A stretch of DNA of 64,000 bases from Tubiluchus corallicola (lineage: Eukaryota; Animalia; Priapulida): positions 1-64,000 of the forward strand of contig JAQGDQ010000137.1 of NCBI GenBank assembly GCA_030141605.1. The letters run 5' to 3'. The stretch's first letter is position 1. Each line of letters begins with the position of its first letter. The position numbers were made by a program, and so were the translations under genes. Of this stretch, positions 22,410 to 38,200 are shown one piece after another. Below the pieces are notes generated by a model. The model was not told the origin of the DNA. It saw only the letters and a list, made by a program, of their open reading frames with translations, and made no database searches.

Positions 22410-25400
22410 GCAGACCCTCGGCGTGCTTTAAACTGCGGTTGTGTTCTTGTTTTGTTTTAGCTGCATTTTATAGAATACTTCATATTCACATTCAATACGT
22501 GTAATCACATTTTACTGACAGAGAAACAGAAGCAGGTATTTATTTACTACATTACAGCCTCACAACACATCGTAAATTTATTCCATAACTTTGACTGGAA
22601 TTATACAGGTATTTCTTTGTAATTACACAAAAGCACCTACTGAACTTTGGAACTTATGCAACATTATACATCAACAATGAAACTGTTATTTGCCGGTTAT
22701 GCGTTCTAAAGTTCTAATTATATTTAAAGTTTTCTGCTGTTTTTATGATGTCTAAACGCGAAATACCTTATTGTTATTTTGTGCTTTGTCAGTCTATTCA
22801 CAAATTGTGTCAGCACAAATCCACAAATGCTAACGTCATGTATGAGGCTGTTTTTACCTCGAATCTTGTAAGATACTTCAGCTGTATGAGCATGTCCTGT
22901 GTATTTGTAGTTTGCACTCATTCGTGTGTTTGTTTATCAAATTGAAACAAGTTTGGATATAATCAAGGACATCCTGTATCCTGGAAAAATTACTTGCCCT
23001 GCATAAGGTTAAAGCAAGATGAATAATCTAAGCAAAGAAAACCACAGATTTATGACTTTAGTCAGCTTCCATATTTAAGTGCGCATAGCGCAAGGACTGA
23101 GTTGTAACCTATATCACTCGACTTCACTTGTCTTGCAATGTTTGCTGTGTCAACTTGTTATCTATTTCAGTACATCAATTCTGAACCACTGTTTTAGAAG
23201 ACTTTGTATTGTAAGTCACTTTTTAGAAAATTTTAAACTTTATTTTTAGCAATTCTGGCTAACATATGGAAAAATTTTCATGGAAAAAAATGTTTGTTTT
23301 GACAGCTGTTGCAGCTATATTTGTGATTTATTGTTACGTCACATTTATGTGTACTTAACTAAGTGTGTAATCTAGTGTCTGCATATATATTGCACAAGTG
23401 TATAGATAAGAAATGTAATTGCTTTTTGAACAGTAGTCAAAATGCTTATGCTCAACTTAAACCGGTATTACTGCATACTATACATTATAGAATATGTATT
23501 TTATTTAGCATTTACATGTCTGCATTCATGTATGCTTGTAGTTTCCTCTTAGTGGCTGAAAAAGTGATTATTTAGCTGATGAATTTCATTAATATTCATT
23601 TTGATTTTGTCCAAAAATGAAAGGAAAACATTTTTAATTTTCAGAAAATTCCAATAGACTTTAATTATTGAATTTAATTTGGATGGCAACAATCTTCAAG
23701 GATGCAGTTCCAAAAAATATTCTCGTAGTTTAAGAAAACTTCGGGGCATCGTAACACATTTTATAGATTAATATGTTGCACGCAACTTTGACAATCATAT
23801 ATCCGATTCAGATTGTTATACTGCATACATGTAGGTCATCAAGTCTCTAACTCCTCTAACCAGATACAGAATGTAGTCACATGACGTTGTAAAATATTTC
23901 ATTCCAAGTATGTATGGCATTTAGAATGTATGAGTTATACATTTGTGATTATTCTATTTGTTTATATTTACACTTGTTTATAATATTTATTTGCTTTTGT
24001 AATTTTATATATTGTAACTTTGTTTTATGTGTATCAATTTGCTTTACATTTCATTCTTATTTCTTACAGATAGTATAGTTTGCATAACTGCACAAATTAA
24101 TCTATTTTAGGATAAACAAAGATTGAAGTATGTTAAAGTTAGGGCAATTACTACGAAAATTTCGTATGATTTTAAAGACGTTGCAGTCATTCTTTCGAAA
24201 TTAGAAGTCTTTACAGTCCTAAGAAAACTTCGTGGCCCTAGGCTGTCAGACGCACAGGAGTGATGCCAATTTAAACGGGATATAACAACGTGTAACCTTT
24301 TAGCCTGTTGAGTATTCTTTTGGCAAATACAATATGCTCAGGCTGAACTTTATGTTAGGCAGATTTACTAGTTTTGTTATCTGAAAATCAAAACTGGGCA
24401 ACAGTTTTCTTTATTTCAGGTTCGGTCGTTCGCACTTATGTAAATTTACTGCATTAATTTTATTTGTATTAATTAGGAATTGCAATTTTTCAAACAGCTT
24501 TACTGTTTGTGCCTGTGTGTTTGTATAATGTATATGCATATAGAATATGTATTGTGTTTGGCAGTCTGCCAAGTATTCTTTTAGGACTGTTTAATGGGAT
24601 TTTTTACATGTACTTTTGTGTGGATGTATGCAAACATTATTGTGCAGAATAACATGAGGATTCCTTCAGAAGTGAATAATCTTTCTAGATCGTAAAGTTG
24701 CTCTGATAATTTGGCAATGTTCACAGAAACGATATTTATTTCATTGAACAATCCTGCAGTCATTTGTATCACTATATTGTCACTACAAATATACTAGTGA
24801 TGTTACAGAATTCTTTAATGTGTTTTTGAACTTTGCAAATTCAGTAGTCATGTTTGATATGTGCAATCTTTAACCCAGATCTTTATTTTCAAAATGTATA
24901 TATAGAATAAGTCATAATGCCTTTATTAAAGTAATTATTATAGTTAGCAAGTTACTATGGTTTGCAAAATGTTTAAACTAGCTGTAGTTTAGTTTGTTGC
25001 TAGTGAATTTTACTAAAAATGAAATGAAACTCCATTTATCAATTTTTCAGGCAGTAATTATTGTGTTACACAGTTTCTCTTTTTTTGTTGTTTCATTGCT
25101 TCTAGATATGGAGATTTTTTACAATATTTTTGCATTTACCCACTTAATAAAACAGTAAAAAGAACGTGTATGGGTTTCTCACTTATTCTTGATGTAACAA
25201 TGGCTTTTGTGAGGAACTGAAGTTTAAACAGTAGGTCACAACACACATGTACAAAAGTAGGCTGACTAGATTATATCATCACACTATTCAAATATCACTT
25301 GATGTTGACAGAGATAAAGTTCATTGACAGTTGCAAAGGTAGATGATCATAGTAATTTGATAAAATAATATGCATGCATTACAGCAACTAAACATCACAT

Positions 25401-26271
25401 CTTGTTTATAACTTTAATAACTTTTCAATTAATTTGGCAAATAATTGTTCTGCCAACACATTTTTTCATAAAATGACAATTGAATTCCTTACATGTAGAA
25501 ACTATGGGAGTATCCAATGAAAAGGTATTATCATTACTATTTGTACTACTAGCAAACATATGTTATGCTGCTAATTTACATGCCAAATGTAAAATTAAAA
25601 AGCCAAAGTTGTGCATGCATATGAAACACAGTTCTTTACAACAAGACATTATTAACAGCTTTTAAGAAAGTTTTAAAAGGAAAAAGAACAAAAAGTATTC
25701 TAAACGTAGGAAGTAAGAAACTCGGCACATAAATTTGGCACTTTGCAACTGTTCTACCATTTTGAATTAATTGTACAGCACAAACAATGAAAATATGTTT
25801 CCAATTTCTTACTTTAAGAAAATTGAAACTGTACTTGTGGAAAGGATATAAATTATTGATTCAATACAAAAATGCAATTATAAAGTGAAAAATTCCAACC
25901 GAAAACATAATCATCTCATGAATGAGTTACACATAATTAGGAAGTCGCATTGTAACAACACTTTCTGAGAATATATTATACCAATTTGTAGAATTGATAG
26001 CTGCAATCAATTACATGACATTTGTGTCATGCATACTTAGATTTATATTCCAAGTTTTTGATGGTTATATGCAAATCAAACTTAACTTCCTCAGTAATAC
26101 CAGAGCTTAGTAGTAACTACAATATCACATTGACATAGCTAGTAAACAATGTGGTACAGCTAGTGGCATTAGCAAACAGTAAAAACAGAGCAAAAAAATC
26201 CATACCAGTTCTGGGTGTCTAAACTTTATAGTCAAAAGAATTCACTTCAAACAGTATCAACCCTTCAGAAT

Positions 26272-29200
26272 TTAATCATCGTCATCTACAAGTCTTGTGT
26301 AACCAATGTAGTCTGGGAGCATGGCAGCAACTTTCCGACGCAGTTCAGCTTTTCTCTCTTCTCTCAGTCTGGCTTCTTCGACTACACTGGGAAATTCCCT
26401 CCAGCCTCGTAGTGTAACAAGCTTTAGCCTCCTGCATTTGAATGTGTAAGTTTACAGCAACTCGTGTGTTTGAATTAAAGTGCAAGAAGTTTGGTAAGGA
26501 TGATCGCAGTTTCACGAAATTATTATGGACGCAAAATTTCGAAAGAAAAAATAACGTAGTAATAACAATCAGGCAGAGTACACCCACTCCCTCATACAGT
26601 AATCCATTAATTGCAAATAACTGTTATACAGTCAATCCAGTTTCAGAGGTTTCAGTAACTACAAAGTTACCAGCAGAAACTGAAAAACAAAATGTGGGAT
26701 TCGAAGGGTCTGACAATATGTACGTAAACTTCGCCAGGCTTTGAAAAGTAACCAGCGTTGGGCACAAAAGATTCTGCTTGCCGGCACATATTTGAAGTTG
26801 TGCACTTTTATAATAATTACGTGGTCAGTATTTAGCAAATTTGAGTATACCGGCATTAAATGCATTTCACATCAGTTACGTATGTCTTTTCTCAAAATAC
26901 AATATAATTATGTACTTGTGGGGATGGGGAGGGCATGAAAAAGTTTTCCGTTGGGTGCTGGTCAGCCATGCCATTGGTTGAATGCAAAAAAACTTTTATG
27001 TAACATTGATGACATCGTTCACAATAGAACTAATGACATTCACATTAAAATACATTGTACACGAAGCCAAACTGCTTTTCACAAAATGCTCGTCTACTAA
27101 GTTTACTAAAAACAAGTACAGTAGGTTAAAAAATTAACATATATATACAGTGGCAATTAATATCTATATGCAGTACCTTTCATAATGTTCTTTTGCTTTC
27201 ATTTCTTTCTCCCAATACATCAATTTTTCCTCTGTTACCCAAGTCAACCACTGAGAAAAACACTTCTTCTTCAACTTTATGTGACAAAATGCCAATGTTT
27301 CTCTCTCCAGAATTTCACGTTTCATGCCAACCTAGTAAATGGAATTACATCACAGAAAGTTTGATAACGGAAATAAAAAGAATTGCTACATAAATAATTC
27401 TATAATCGTTAACCCTGGCCATCTTCGATATCACCACATTAATGGTAATCAATTTTCATTTTAGTAAGTCACAACTACGTATATAACTGCAACATAACAT
27501 TTATTATAAGTTTTGGCAGCTGTGTCTTTATGCTGTTTTTACAGTTTGTTCCCACATGTATATTTATGGTTGGTTTTACAGTTTGTTTCTGCATGCATAT
27601 TTATGTGCTGCTTTTACAGTAAGTTCATACACATACATCATTAGCTATTTCAACCAAAGGGACAACAAAGAAGATAAAAAGGTAACCTCTTTCCAAATAA
27701 AAAAATAGCAACTGAGAAGAGCACGATTGCGATGGTTATCTGCAATCTCCTCTGCATGGTGTTTTGCTTCCATAGTAAATATAAACCAAGGCACTAAGCA
27801 TTTCCTGAGTGTGCATTTTCTGAAAAATTTGAAGTAGCAATTAGATGTGCATATGCCAAGAATCGTTGCCTGTTCAAACATTTTTCTGTTTGCAGTTTTG
27901 TCAATTTCACCACAATATCCAGCAAGACATTTATTTATAGACAATGAATAGACAATTTTTAAATTTTTATTGATTATTTTATGGTTTGATGAGAAATAAA
28001 TGAAAGAACATGTGCTGTGTTACAAACTAAGATAGAGTAGGTAACCCAATACCACACTAGATTAAAATTTTCAAAACAATAAGCTTGTCCACAAAGGTGA
28101 ATTTTACAACATTACTGTGATATATTTTAAAGTACAACATGATAGATTTAAGTCTGTTTTATATTAAACCAAGCTGCTATCACGTTTTTTATATAGGCTA
28201 TGCTGCAAACCAAATAACTTACATACCTGTAGTGATCACAGGCTATAAAATATTTCTGAGACTGGGACTCCAACACTTTCTGCCAGCGCTTGAAGCTGCA
28301 TTTCAGCAGACTTGTACGATAGTGAGCTGCAGCTGTGTTGGACTTCTCTGCAGCTTCTTTTATCCTTTTTAACTTTTCAGCTTCCCTCTGACAAATGAAA
28401 AAAACAATTACTGACCACTCTCCTATACAAAAGAACTTAAAAGGCTGTCAAGAACATCTGGATTTTATAGTCAAGTTAGTAAAAGATATTTTTCAAATCA
28501 AATTCTGTCATATAGGTTTTTATCGCTTGTAAAGATCTGTTACTTTTAACAATTAAAATAGGTATTTTAATCAAGGTGGTGCTGCTACCTATTAGAGATA
28601 CTTTTTGTTATGGACATGGCAGCAAACAAAAAACGTACTGTGGTGCAACAAAAGCAGGAATAAATCTATTACCTCTTTTTCCAGCTGTTTTTTCTGCTGA
28701 ATCTCAACAAGTCTCTGTCGCTTCTGTTCTTCTTCTGCTTTCCTTTCTGCAGCTTCTTCTGCTTCTTTTTTTGCCTGTGAGATGCAAAAGATTGTTGTAA
28801 TAATACACAGCATGTCATTACCAACTCCACTGATGTTGTTAACATAATATTTCTTCCAATTAATTAACAAAATTCATAATAAACAAATTGAAAAGACTAT
28901 TTAAGAACACCAAGTGAGCGCATTACTTCTTGTGAAGGAGAAGAAGCACAAAATCAATATGTAGTTAACATATTACATTATTTAGAAGTTTATGGCACAT
29001 TGCTAATTTAACACTACCATACACGAGCATAGTACAGAGCATAAAGCACAGAAAGAAGAAAAAAGCAAAACACAGAAAACATAAAACATAATTAATAATA
29101 GTATGATTAACAGCAGCATTACATAGACATAGACATGTTTATTGATCTCTTCTAAAGCACATTTACATAAAATACACAGCTAATTAAGCATGTAAAATTT

Positions 29201-32200
29201 ACACAAAAATAAAAGGAAGAAAATATACATTATGAAGTGATCAAGTGGGCGCAAGAGAAAGAGCAGTAAAAAATCAGCAAGTGATCGAGTTTAATAAATA
29301 ATGAAATAGTAAATTTTGATTAATAAAATAAAAACTACTTGAGCTGCAAAATTACTAGAAAAAAACAACAAGTTATGTATGAAAAAATGATATCAACATG
29401 AACATTAATACTATGTGAACATATGTGATGGCAAAGATATAAAATTTCTAGTAAATAGTTCTAAATCTGACCACTACGAATTATTTCCGTGTGATAACTT
29501 ACTTCAGATAACTTCACTCACCCGGATTTCTTCCATTCGTTCAAGTTTTCTTTTTTCTACAGCTGCTCTTCGTTCAGCCCTCAGTTTTGCTCTGTCTTCC
29601 ATGCCTACGTTCAACAGTAATGTTACTCATGGGACAAACAATAGATTTTCATTAAAGCAATGTGAGCTAACCATAAACATCAACATTTTTATATGTCCAG
29701 CTGTAATCCTCTTGCAGGTGTATGACCTGGCATAATCCAGAATTGCAAAGGAGTGTGCAAAAACTTCTTGATAAATTTCAACACTAATTTCGCTAATTAC
29801 TTATGCAAATCTGACCTTTTACTGCAGGAGATGTCGCCACTTTCTTCTTCATGTTTGATGGAGTGGTGGCAGCTGAACTTACTGATGATCTGCTATCAGT
29901 CATAAAGGTCAAATCAGAATCATGGCCAGCAGTGCCAGATACAGAATTCCTCTTGCCTTCCTGACAGCCTACTGCCTTTGAGGTTATGCCAAGGTTTGGA
30001 TTAGCAGAATTTGAAGGAGGTGATTTCTCCAAAATCTCAATTTTCTGTAAAGAAAAACTTTGCTGCCACTTTAAAAATTAGGAACACTTAGTGAGACAAT
30101 GTCAATCGAAAACCATCTTGATTATATAATAGAAAAATGTAAAGCTTTTGCAGTTTTAATGAGTTTGTGCACATACTATAAGAATGCAAACAACACAAAC
30201 GGTCACATTTTGCCACAGATTTCAATATAGTGTACGTTCTTGTATACTGACCTCTATATACACTGCTGTCATATCTCTATGTCATTTTAATATATTGTGA
30301 GGAAGTGAAGAAAGAATTCCACACACAACAATTTAAGTACCCTTACCCTAACCCAACCCTAACCCCAACCAAGCCCCAACCCTAATCCAAACCCTAACCC
30401 CAACCCTAATCCGGTTCACGAACTAATTTCTTGTGTGTGGGGAATTGTGAACTTCAGCCAACTGTGATTATAATACAATTCTTGTGTAGCATTTTCTTTT
30501 CTTCATTTAGTGCAGGGTACATTTCGTAGTTTTACTGTTTCAGCATTTTTTTGTTATAGTAACAGTGTATAAACTGTGGATATAACACATAACCCAGATT
30601 TATGTGTACGTTTTGCTGGTAAAAAATAAAGAAATTTTATATAGGTTATGTTACGTCACGTTATGCTATGTCATATCGTGTCAAGTCATTCAATTGTATG
30701 TTAAATTAACTTATGTTTGGTTTATTGGTATAACTAAAATATATTATATTGTACAGGATTGTATTATACTGTATTGTATTATAATTACATTATGAATCTT
30801 ACTGACCTTGTGCAATTCCTTGAGTTGCTTTTCATATTTTTGCTCTTTGCACATCTTGTTCAAATCCTCTATCATCTTCTGCTGCTCCCTAATCTGCCTT
30901 TTCTGCTCTTCCAACATTCTTTGTTGATTTGCAAGTCTGTGTTGTACCTGAGCATTAGCTGGCATGTCTCTGTCATTTTCTAAAATAAGTTGCACACAAT
31001 TCTAGTGACATCAGTGTGACAAAAGGATTTTGCTCCAGACAATTTAAAACTTTAATACACGAAAACGGCATAACTACATATGCAGAGTAACACAAACAGA
31101 AAGAAAAATTCTAATGCATTTTAATCTTTGTAAATTTTCCATTTATCAACAATAAAATTTTTTGTTAATATATTTTTTCGCGGTGATACTTCTATTGAAA
31201 GAAAACAGTATGAAATTTACAGCAAGAAAGAAACAGTAGCGAATAGTATTATAACATTACTGAATTTTCCACTTATTGCTAATGTCAGTAAATGTTAACT
31301 TACTGTTAAAGTGTTTTTTTCACGGTGGGAAGATACTTCCATGAAAAGAAAGCAGTAAAAAATTTAAAATTTTTTCATCACCCACACTTGAACCTGAGAC
31401 TTTCGATTTAAAAGTTGCATGCTCCATTAACTACTAACCAAATTTACTTTTTAAGTAAACAAAGAAATAAAATAACAAACCGGAGGATGTTCTTCTTGCA
31501 GAGGTCACACTCCGTCTTGAGCTCAATCCAAGCGTGTTTGGAGTTTTTGATGACCTATCATTGTTCCTCTTGTTTATTGTGTTTTTTGGAGACATGGACT
31601 TCCTGTCACTTATTGGCTTTTTGGGAGACGTGGATTTGTTTTGAGTTAATCTTGATGACTCGCTCACCTAGAAAAACACATCTATCTACACCCCATGCAT
31701 GTAAGCATAATAGAATTTAATGAACAAACTATCAATTGTTAAATTATTAAATTATCAGCCAACTTCTGAGATAAAACTGTGCAAAGAGCAATATCAATAT
31801 CAATAAATTATTAATCTACTTTCTCTCCAGCAGAGCTGTTATCCTCGGCTACAGGAAGTAGTTTCCTTGTTGCTAGTGCATCCAGGAAAGAGGAAATTTT
31901 ATTTCTAGTTTCAACGGTAAGTTTGGTCTGATGCCGAGACTCTGCTTCGCGAATTGTCCAATAGCGCCACGCCCGAAAACATCTCATCATTAGAAACTTT
32001 TGTGAATAGGATCTCGCTAGCTCCATCTTCCTGAAAATAAAATAAATACAATTCCAGAAAAATTCTCTAGAGTACTGTATAATGCAGATAAAAACAAAAA
32101 ACAACAACAACAAACAGTTGTACGTTGCATCTGATTTCCGTAAAAAACAGAGTTTATTAACAACAAAACAGAGTTGAATGATTTAGAAAAACAAGCCGTA

Positions 32201-35200
32201 TTTTTAACAATTTGACATTCAACAATAGTACCTACAATTAATGCCCAGTGGTTGTGGTGGTACAAAAACCTAGTTTATAATAAAAAATAATTCTTCAAGA
32301 TGAAACACTGAACTAAGTGGTGGAGGTGTCTTAGCCACATTCACATGTGCATATACTGTTTCTCAAAAAGAAAAATAGTCAAAAGCAGCACAACGGATGA
32401 AAAGGCACAAAGATTCTTTTCCCAGCATTTATCCATAATTTACTAGCCATGCTCAGTTTTGCTTAACTATTGTAACAAAGCATGAATTGTGAATCCTTGG
32501 CTATTCCATCAACATAAACCTATGAAAGCACATACTCACAAAAAATATTTTATATCAGCAGTATAGCAACCTAATATTTTATATTAGCAGTAAGAACCAA
32601 TTTCAAAAATTACACATGAAATTCTACTTTTTGCTAAAATTGTTAGTTTATATGACTACCTTACAGCAAAAGGCCTCAGCTAATATGCACCTAATTAAGC
32701 TACATCTAATTATTTAATAACTTTCTCTTTTCACTCTTACTTGTAATATTAGTTTGCCTGCCAATTTGAATGCATATACAGTTAAATATTCGTGATCTCC
32801 ACGAGAGACATTGTGATTCAAGGGGTTATTGCTTCTAGTAACAATATATTGCTAAATCTATCATAGTGTTTTGTTTCTTTTTCATTAATTTGTATGATAC
32901 ACTTACACATGTCCCAAATGTTCGCTATCACGTAGCTAAAAATATGTTTTTATACATAGCCTGTGCTATATAGATACAAAAAGTATACATTCATATATTT
33001 ACATACCTATGCATATCTCGCATGCTATACTCAACTGCTTGCGCCTCTCGTTCAATAATTCTTGATCTGTGAAACATTTTCCATATGGTCCAGGCCCTGA
33101 TAATGCATTTCCAATCTGCAAAAACCTTTGCCTTTCTGTCTTTCATAGAAATGTCCAAAACAATTTGGTACCATGCGTTAAAACACAGCCTTATTTGCTG
33201 GAAAATAAATAAACCAATTTCTATAAATGTATGATAAACCTATAAGTGAATACATAAAACTTTTATGTATCTATTAGAAAATATCAAAGAAGAAACATAT
33301 ACTTTGAATATTTCTAAAATATTTAATTTGTGTATAAAGACAAAATAAATCAAAGCATAACACACTTTCTTTTAAGAGATAATAAAAACAAAAATAACAA
33401 CCTTTTTCTGCAGCTTTGCAGCAAAGTTGTCAATTCTCTGTTGTTTGATCATCTTTTGAAACTCTTTTCTAACATTTTCTAATTCAAGTTTAGCATTTGA
33501 AGGTTCTGTGCTTGGATCTAGTATTTCTACAAGGTTTTCATTTGCCTTCTGTACTTCTTCTTCTCGCAGCTTCCTATAATTCATAAAATAAGTTATTACT
33601 AATTTATTATTAATGTTATTAAGTATTAAATTTGCATTATAATATAAGTGATGCTAACAACTAACTAAAAAAATAATGTTAACAATAGTGATTACAACAT
33701 GAAAATGGTTGACATTACCAACACTGTTATAGATATTTCTGTATTTAATAGAAATACGTTTTCTCATTTCATGTAATAAAGTATTAAATATATAATTTAT
33801 TTACCATTTCAGATAAGTGAAGATGCAATGGCAATGAAATACAGAGCAGTGCCACTTTGTCAAATATGCAATTAGTCAGCATACCCTTCGACAACGATAC
33901 ATGGTGGCAATGCATGTAAATCAAAGGCAGCAAAACTTACTTTTTAACAGTTAAGCAAGAAAACACATTTTTACTTTTGTAGCTAAGACAAAAGTATTAT
34001 TTAGCTTTGATTCTTAACCTCACAGCCTCTATTTTTCAACATTACAAGAATATTAAATTGGAAAGAAATATCAATATACAGACACAGTTGAAGCAATGAT
34101 TTGACACATTTGGGAATGTTACAAGTTGGACATCAAGCACTTAACAGTAGAGCATACAGCAACTGTTGAACGGCTGTGGCAGAATCAGAACCTAGCTCAT
34201 TGTCAAGGGTAAGTTTCTAAGATTAGACATTGAACCAGTAGAAGTGCTTCAGCTATGTGTACACATCTCACCTTATAAAAGAAACAGCAGAAAGCAGTTT
34301 TGCAGATAGGCGAAATCTATCAGAAGCTATTTTTCCAAAGATTCATTACTTAATTAGAAATGCACTCTTATTTCGATTTTCTGGACCTTGCTTTTACGGA
34401 TATCGGGAGAATCAGACAAAATCTGGACTGTTAAAAAGTCCCGTATATTGAGGACACAGTCCGTTGTTTTGTGAGTTAACCGCTAGTTGGCGGGCCATCA
34501 CTTTGTTTACATCATTACATCAGTATAACCACGTGTATATCTCTATGTATAAAAATATAGAGTCAATTTTGCAGAGTTATTTGAGTCTATTGCCGATAGT
34601 TTTCATATGCTTTTGCATAAGACCAGCCCTACTAGACGTTTTTGAGACAATTAGGCGACTGATTCTACATTACCGTGAGTCTAATACAAGGCGCCCACTG
34701 TATTAGCTTTGTATCAGTATATACAGCAAATTCGGACAGACGTCTCCCCACTTTTGTCCGACAAACTGAAATATGATTATATGCAATAATGTCTCTAGAA
34801 ATCTCACATGAGTAAAAAACAGTTCATTTCTATGGCTTAAAGGTAGTTTTACAATAGCTATTATAGACCTGTCTAAAACATAAATACTGGAAGTATTCCA
34901 AAGTCATTAAAGGAATAATACCTTAGCTTTTCCACCCGGTCTCTTGCATCCTTTTGTTCATGCATGATTTTTCTAAGCCTTGTGACTTCCTTCTGTATCT
35001 CAAACTCTTCTTGTTTGGCTCTCAGCTTTTTTTCATTTTCTTCTTGCTGTAGAATCTCTTTAGCTTCTAAGAGAGCCTAAAACGTACATAAGCTGAGAAT
35101 CACTGTCAACATTAAGATTAGTGGTAAATTGGCAATATGAAATTGGGCTGCCAGTTGAGAATTCTGAGCAACTTTGCTAGGTTGCAACATTAGCTCAAAT

Positions 35201-38200
35201 GGTAAGGCAATCCACCATACAAGAAAGAGGCTCTGGGTTTGAATCCTTGTTGGTGTATGATTTTTCAGTACCCCAATTAATTAATTGGTAATTGGTAATT
35301 GTTGTAACATGATATCTTTCTTAATATGTGTACCTGTATAGGGATGCAAAGTGAAGCAAAGCAATGCTGGGCCCGGTTAGTGAATGGTCTGACTGCTCCA
35401 AAAACTTTTTCTACGTAGTTTCTGCACTTCAACATTATTGCCACAAGATGATGATTTTGTTCAGTAATGGTAACTATGCATCCATAAATGTTGCATACAG
35501 CACCAATGTATACCACCTCGTAGTTTATTTACCAGCTGCATTAAAATGAAGTTGCAAACATCATAATCAAAGGTAAAATGGGCAAAGATCATTTTAATTA
35601 TTTTACCTTTTTCCTCAACAGTTTCTCGTTTTTCTTCAAGTCTCTTTCCTTCTCAAGTTTTTCCCTGTTTTCTTTAACCTATTGCATTAAAGATACATTA
35701 TCAGACAAAGGGGCATGAAAATAGCAGAGTAGACAACTGTACATTGTTTTAGCTTAACCAGAAAAAAGCAACGTCAAAACTGGTTTTGGAAATAAATAAG
35801 CAGCCGAAAGGACATCCCATACTGGGTAGCTTCGACTAACAAGCTGCCCTACTACTCTGCTTGTTGGAGAGTACGCAACTAAATTTGAAAAGAGCTTAGA
35901 CACCTCTTCCAATTTCCAGTATCTCATCTAAGAGCATCTTTGATAATAAACTAGGCTCCAGTCATGCCACAAGTATTGATATTAATAAGGAATATATTTC
36001 ATGTCGGATGCAATAGAAATGCGAAACTTCTGTACATTCATATTGTTCTAAATGTTACACTGAATTATCGACAAATACAATGGCTGACTCCTCTGTAGCA
36101 CATCTTAGGGATTTCTTGATAAAAAAGGTAGGTCACAGTCCTGCCACAGCCATTAACATAATGTCAGCTTGCCACTCTGTGGTGAATACCAGCTTGTCGA
36201 GTACAAAACATTTTATAAAAAACGTTACATCTACATCACTGTCATCTAATAGGACACGGGGTTGAAGCAGTAATGATAGCATTACTTCATTAAGTTATAA
36301 CAATGAGTTGCAACAAAACTTCAGAAGACATATTTACCCGCCTATGTCGCATCTCCATAGTCACACGGGGATCTGGAAACGCTTTGACTTCATATTCCAC
36401 AGACAGTACAGGTTGCTTAGTAACAGTCGTTAGAGGTTTTTGCATCATGTCTTGTAATATAGAATTAACAACTTCACTCTCCCCCTTTGTCTCTATATCT
36501 TCATAAAGGCCTAAGTGTAAAAAGTCACAACATTTCTATTGCAGTGTTCATATATAAACAGAATAATGACTTGCGAACAAATTGTGTTAAAAATTAAATA
36601 ATTTTACAGGATCAAGCCCAAATGAATGATTGGCCAAATAATTTTCTGTGGTGTAATCTGTGCTATTCAGTATGCACAGCGAAATTATGACTATCACCTA
36701 CACTCTGGCACTATTAGAAGAAACCAAGAATAACAACAAAGGAATCTACTCCATTAAAACAGATATAGCACATAGTGCATTTTAACGATATATTTAATGG
36801 AAAATCATTTAAAAAAGTATCTATGCACAAAATTTTCTAACTTAAAGTATGCACCAGCCTGTTTAAGTAGCTATTTTGTCACCATTGACTTATTCCAGCA
36901 ATAATAAAAAAACTTTTCTTTTTCCTTTCTGGTATATTCTTAATTTATATTCTCCTGTCTATTTTGCAAATAGAGATGACAGAACAATTGCGAGTCATTA
37001 AGGTTATATTTACCGGGCGAATAACCAACTGGTTTTTCTTCAGTCATATCCGGCCAATGTGAGTCTCGTTGCGCTGCAGTTGGAGACTCTTCAGTAATTA
37101 TGGCTAAATCATCATCTTCACTCAACTGTCTTTCAGCTAACCAGCTGTTAATTATGTCTTGAGCTAGAGAGAGAAATTATATTTTAATATTGAGGACAGA
37201 TACTAATATCAAGTAATAATCTTGACTTTCAGATTATTAAGAATGATGCAAAATCAGCAGCTTACTGTAAAGAAGATGAATCTAATAGTCATGATGATGA
37301 CTATAATGACAGCTATGATTATGATGACAAAAAGACTGCCAGCATCTATTTAATTAATAAATATAATAGACTAAGTTAATCCACAAACGACAGTATTGAC
37401 TTAGCCATAGCTGGATGAATATATATCCTCCCGTGATGAGAAATATAATTGAAAGCAGCATGACAAATAAAACACACAAAAGTAATCTTTCTGGCAATCA
37501 CCTATCCATTTACTAATCAGGTAAAGCTGTTTAACTTCGTTGCTAAGTACAGTAACCACTCAGCTGTTACACTTGCCATAACCAGTAGTGGGGTGAGTTA
37601 ATCGATTATAATCGATTGGAGATTTTATTTCTGATTATCAATAATTTTTTCAGTTAGTTTCAGCAATCAGTTGTATAGCCAATACCAGTCTCAACTTATT
37701 TTTTGGAAGATCACAAAAATCGCACAACAAATGTAGCTGTCTTGCAGTAAAATCAAGTAATATCACACTAATTTTGAGCAGAAAATAATCGTGCTGGCAT
37801 TATTTTTAGACACGATGGTTTCTCATAAGCCAGAACAGGTGATGCATGCCTCTTTTTTCTATAAATAGCACACAGCAACATGAAAACTGATATAATTGTT
37901 TACCGAATTGGTTTTGCATCCATTTAATAGATTGTGCGAATGCAACTGATGTCCCACCACTACTAAATAGTACATATTCATTTTAAGTTTATCAGTTTGT
38001 ACGTATGCACAAAATAACTTATTACTGAGCGCTGGTGTAGTAAACTACAGTAAGTCTTCGCTTAACGACTCCCCGTTTAATGAATGACACACTGTTTTGT
38101 GTTAACGACGATTTTTTTACTTTGCTCTAAGTAAATTTTTGTTTTATCAACACTTTTTTCCTTATTTTGATGCATTAAAACAGTACATGCTGCATTATTC

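Noticed and set aside
22410-26271. Short ORFs between TBCEL and CCDC191 as small genes
   Set aside because: AT-rich sequence with no domains or exon structure; it fits two convergent 3'UTRs.
30340-30412. True telomere or chromosome-fusion scar
   Set aside because: The tract is short, degenerate, in one orientation only, and inside an intron of an intact gene.
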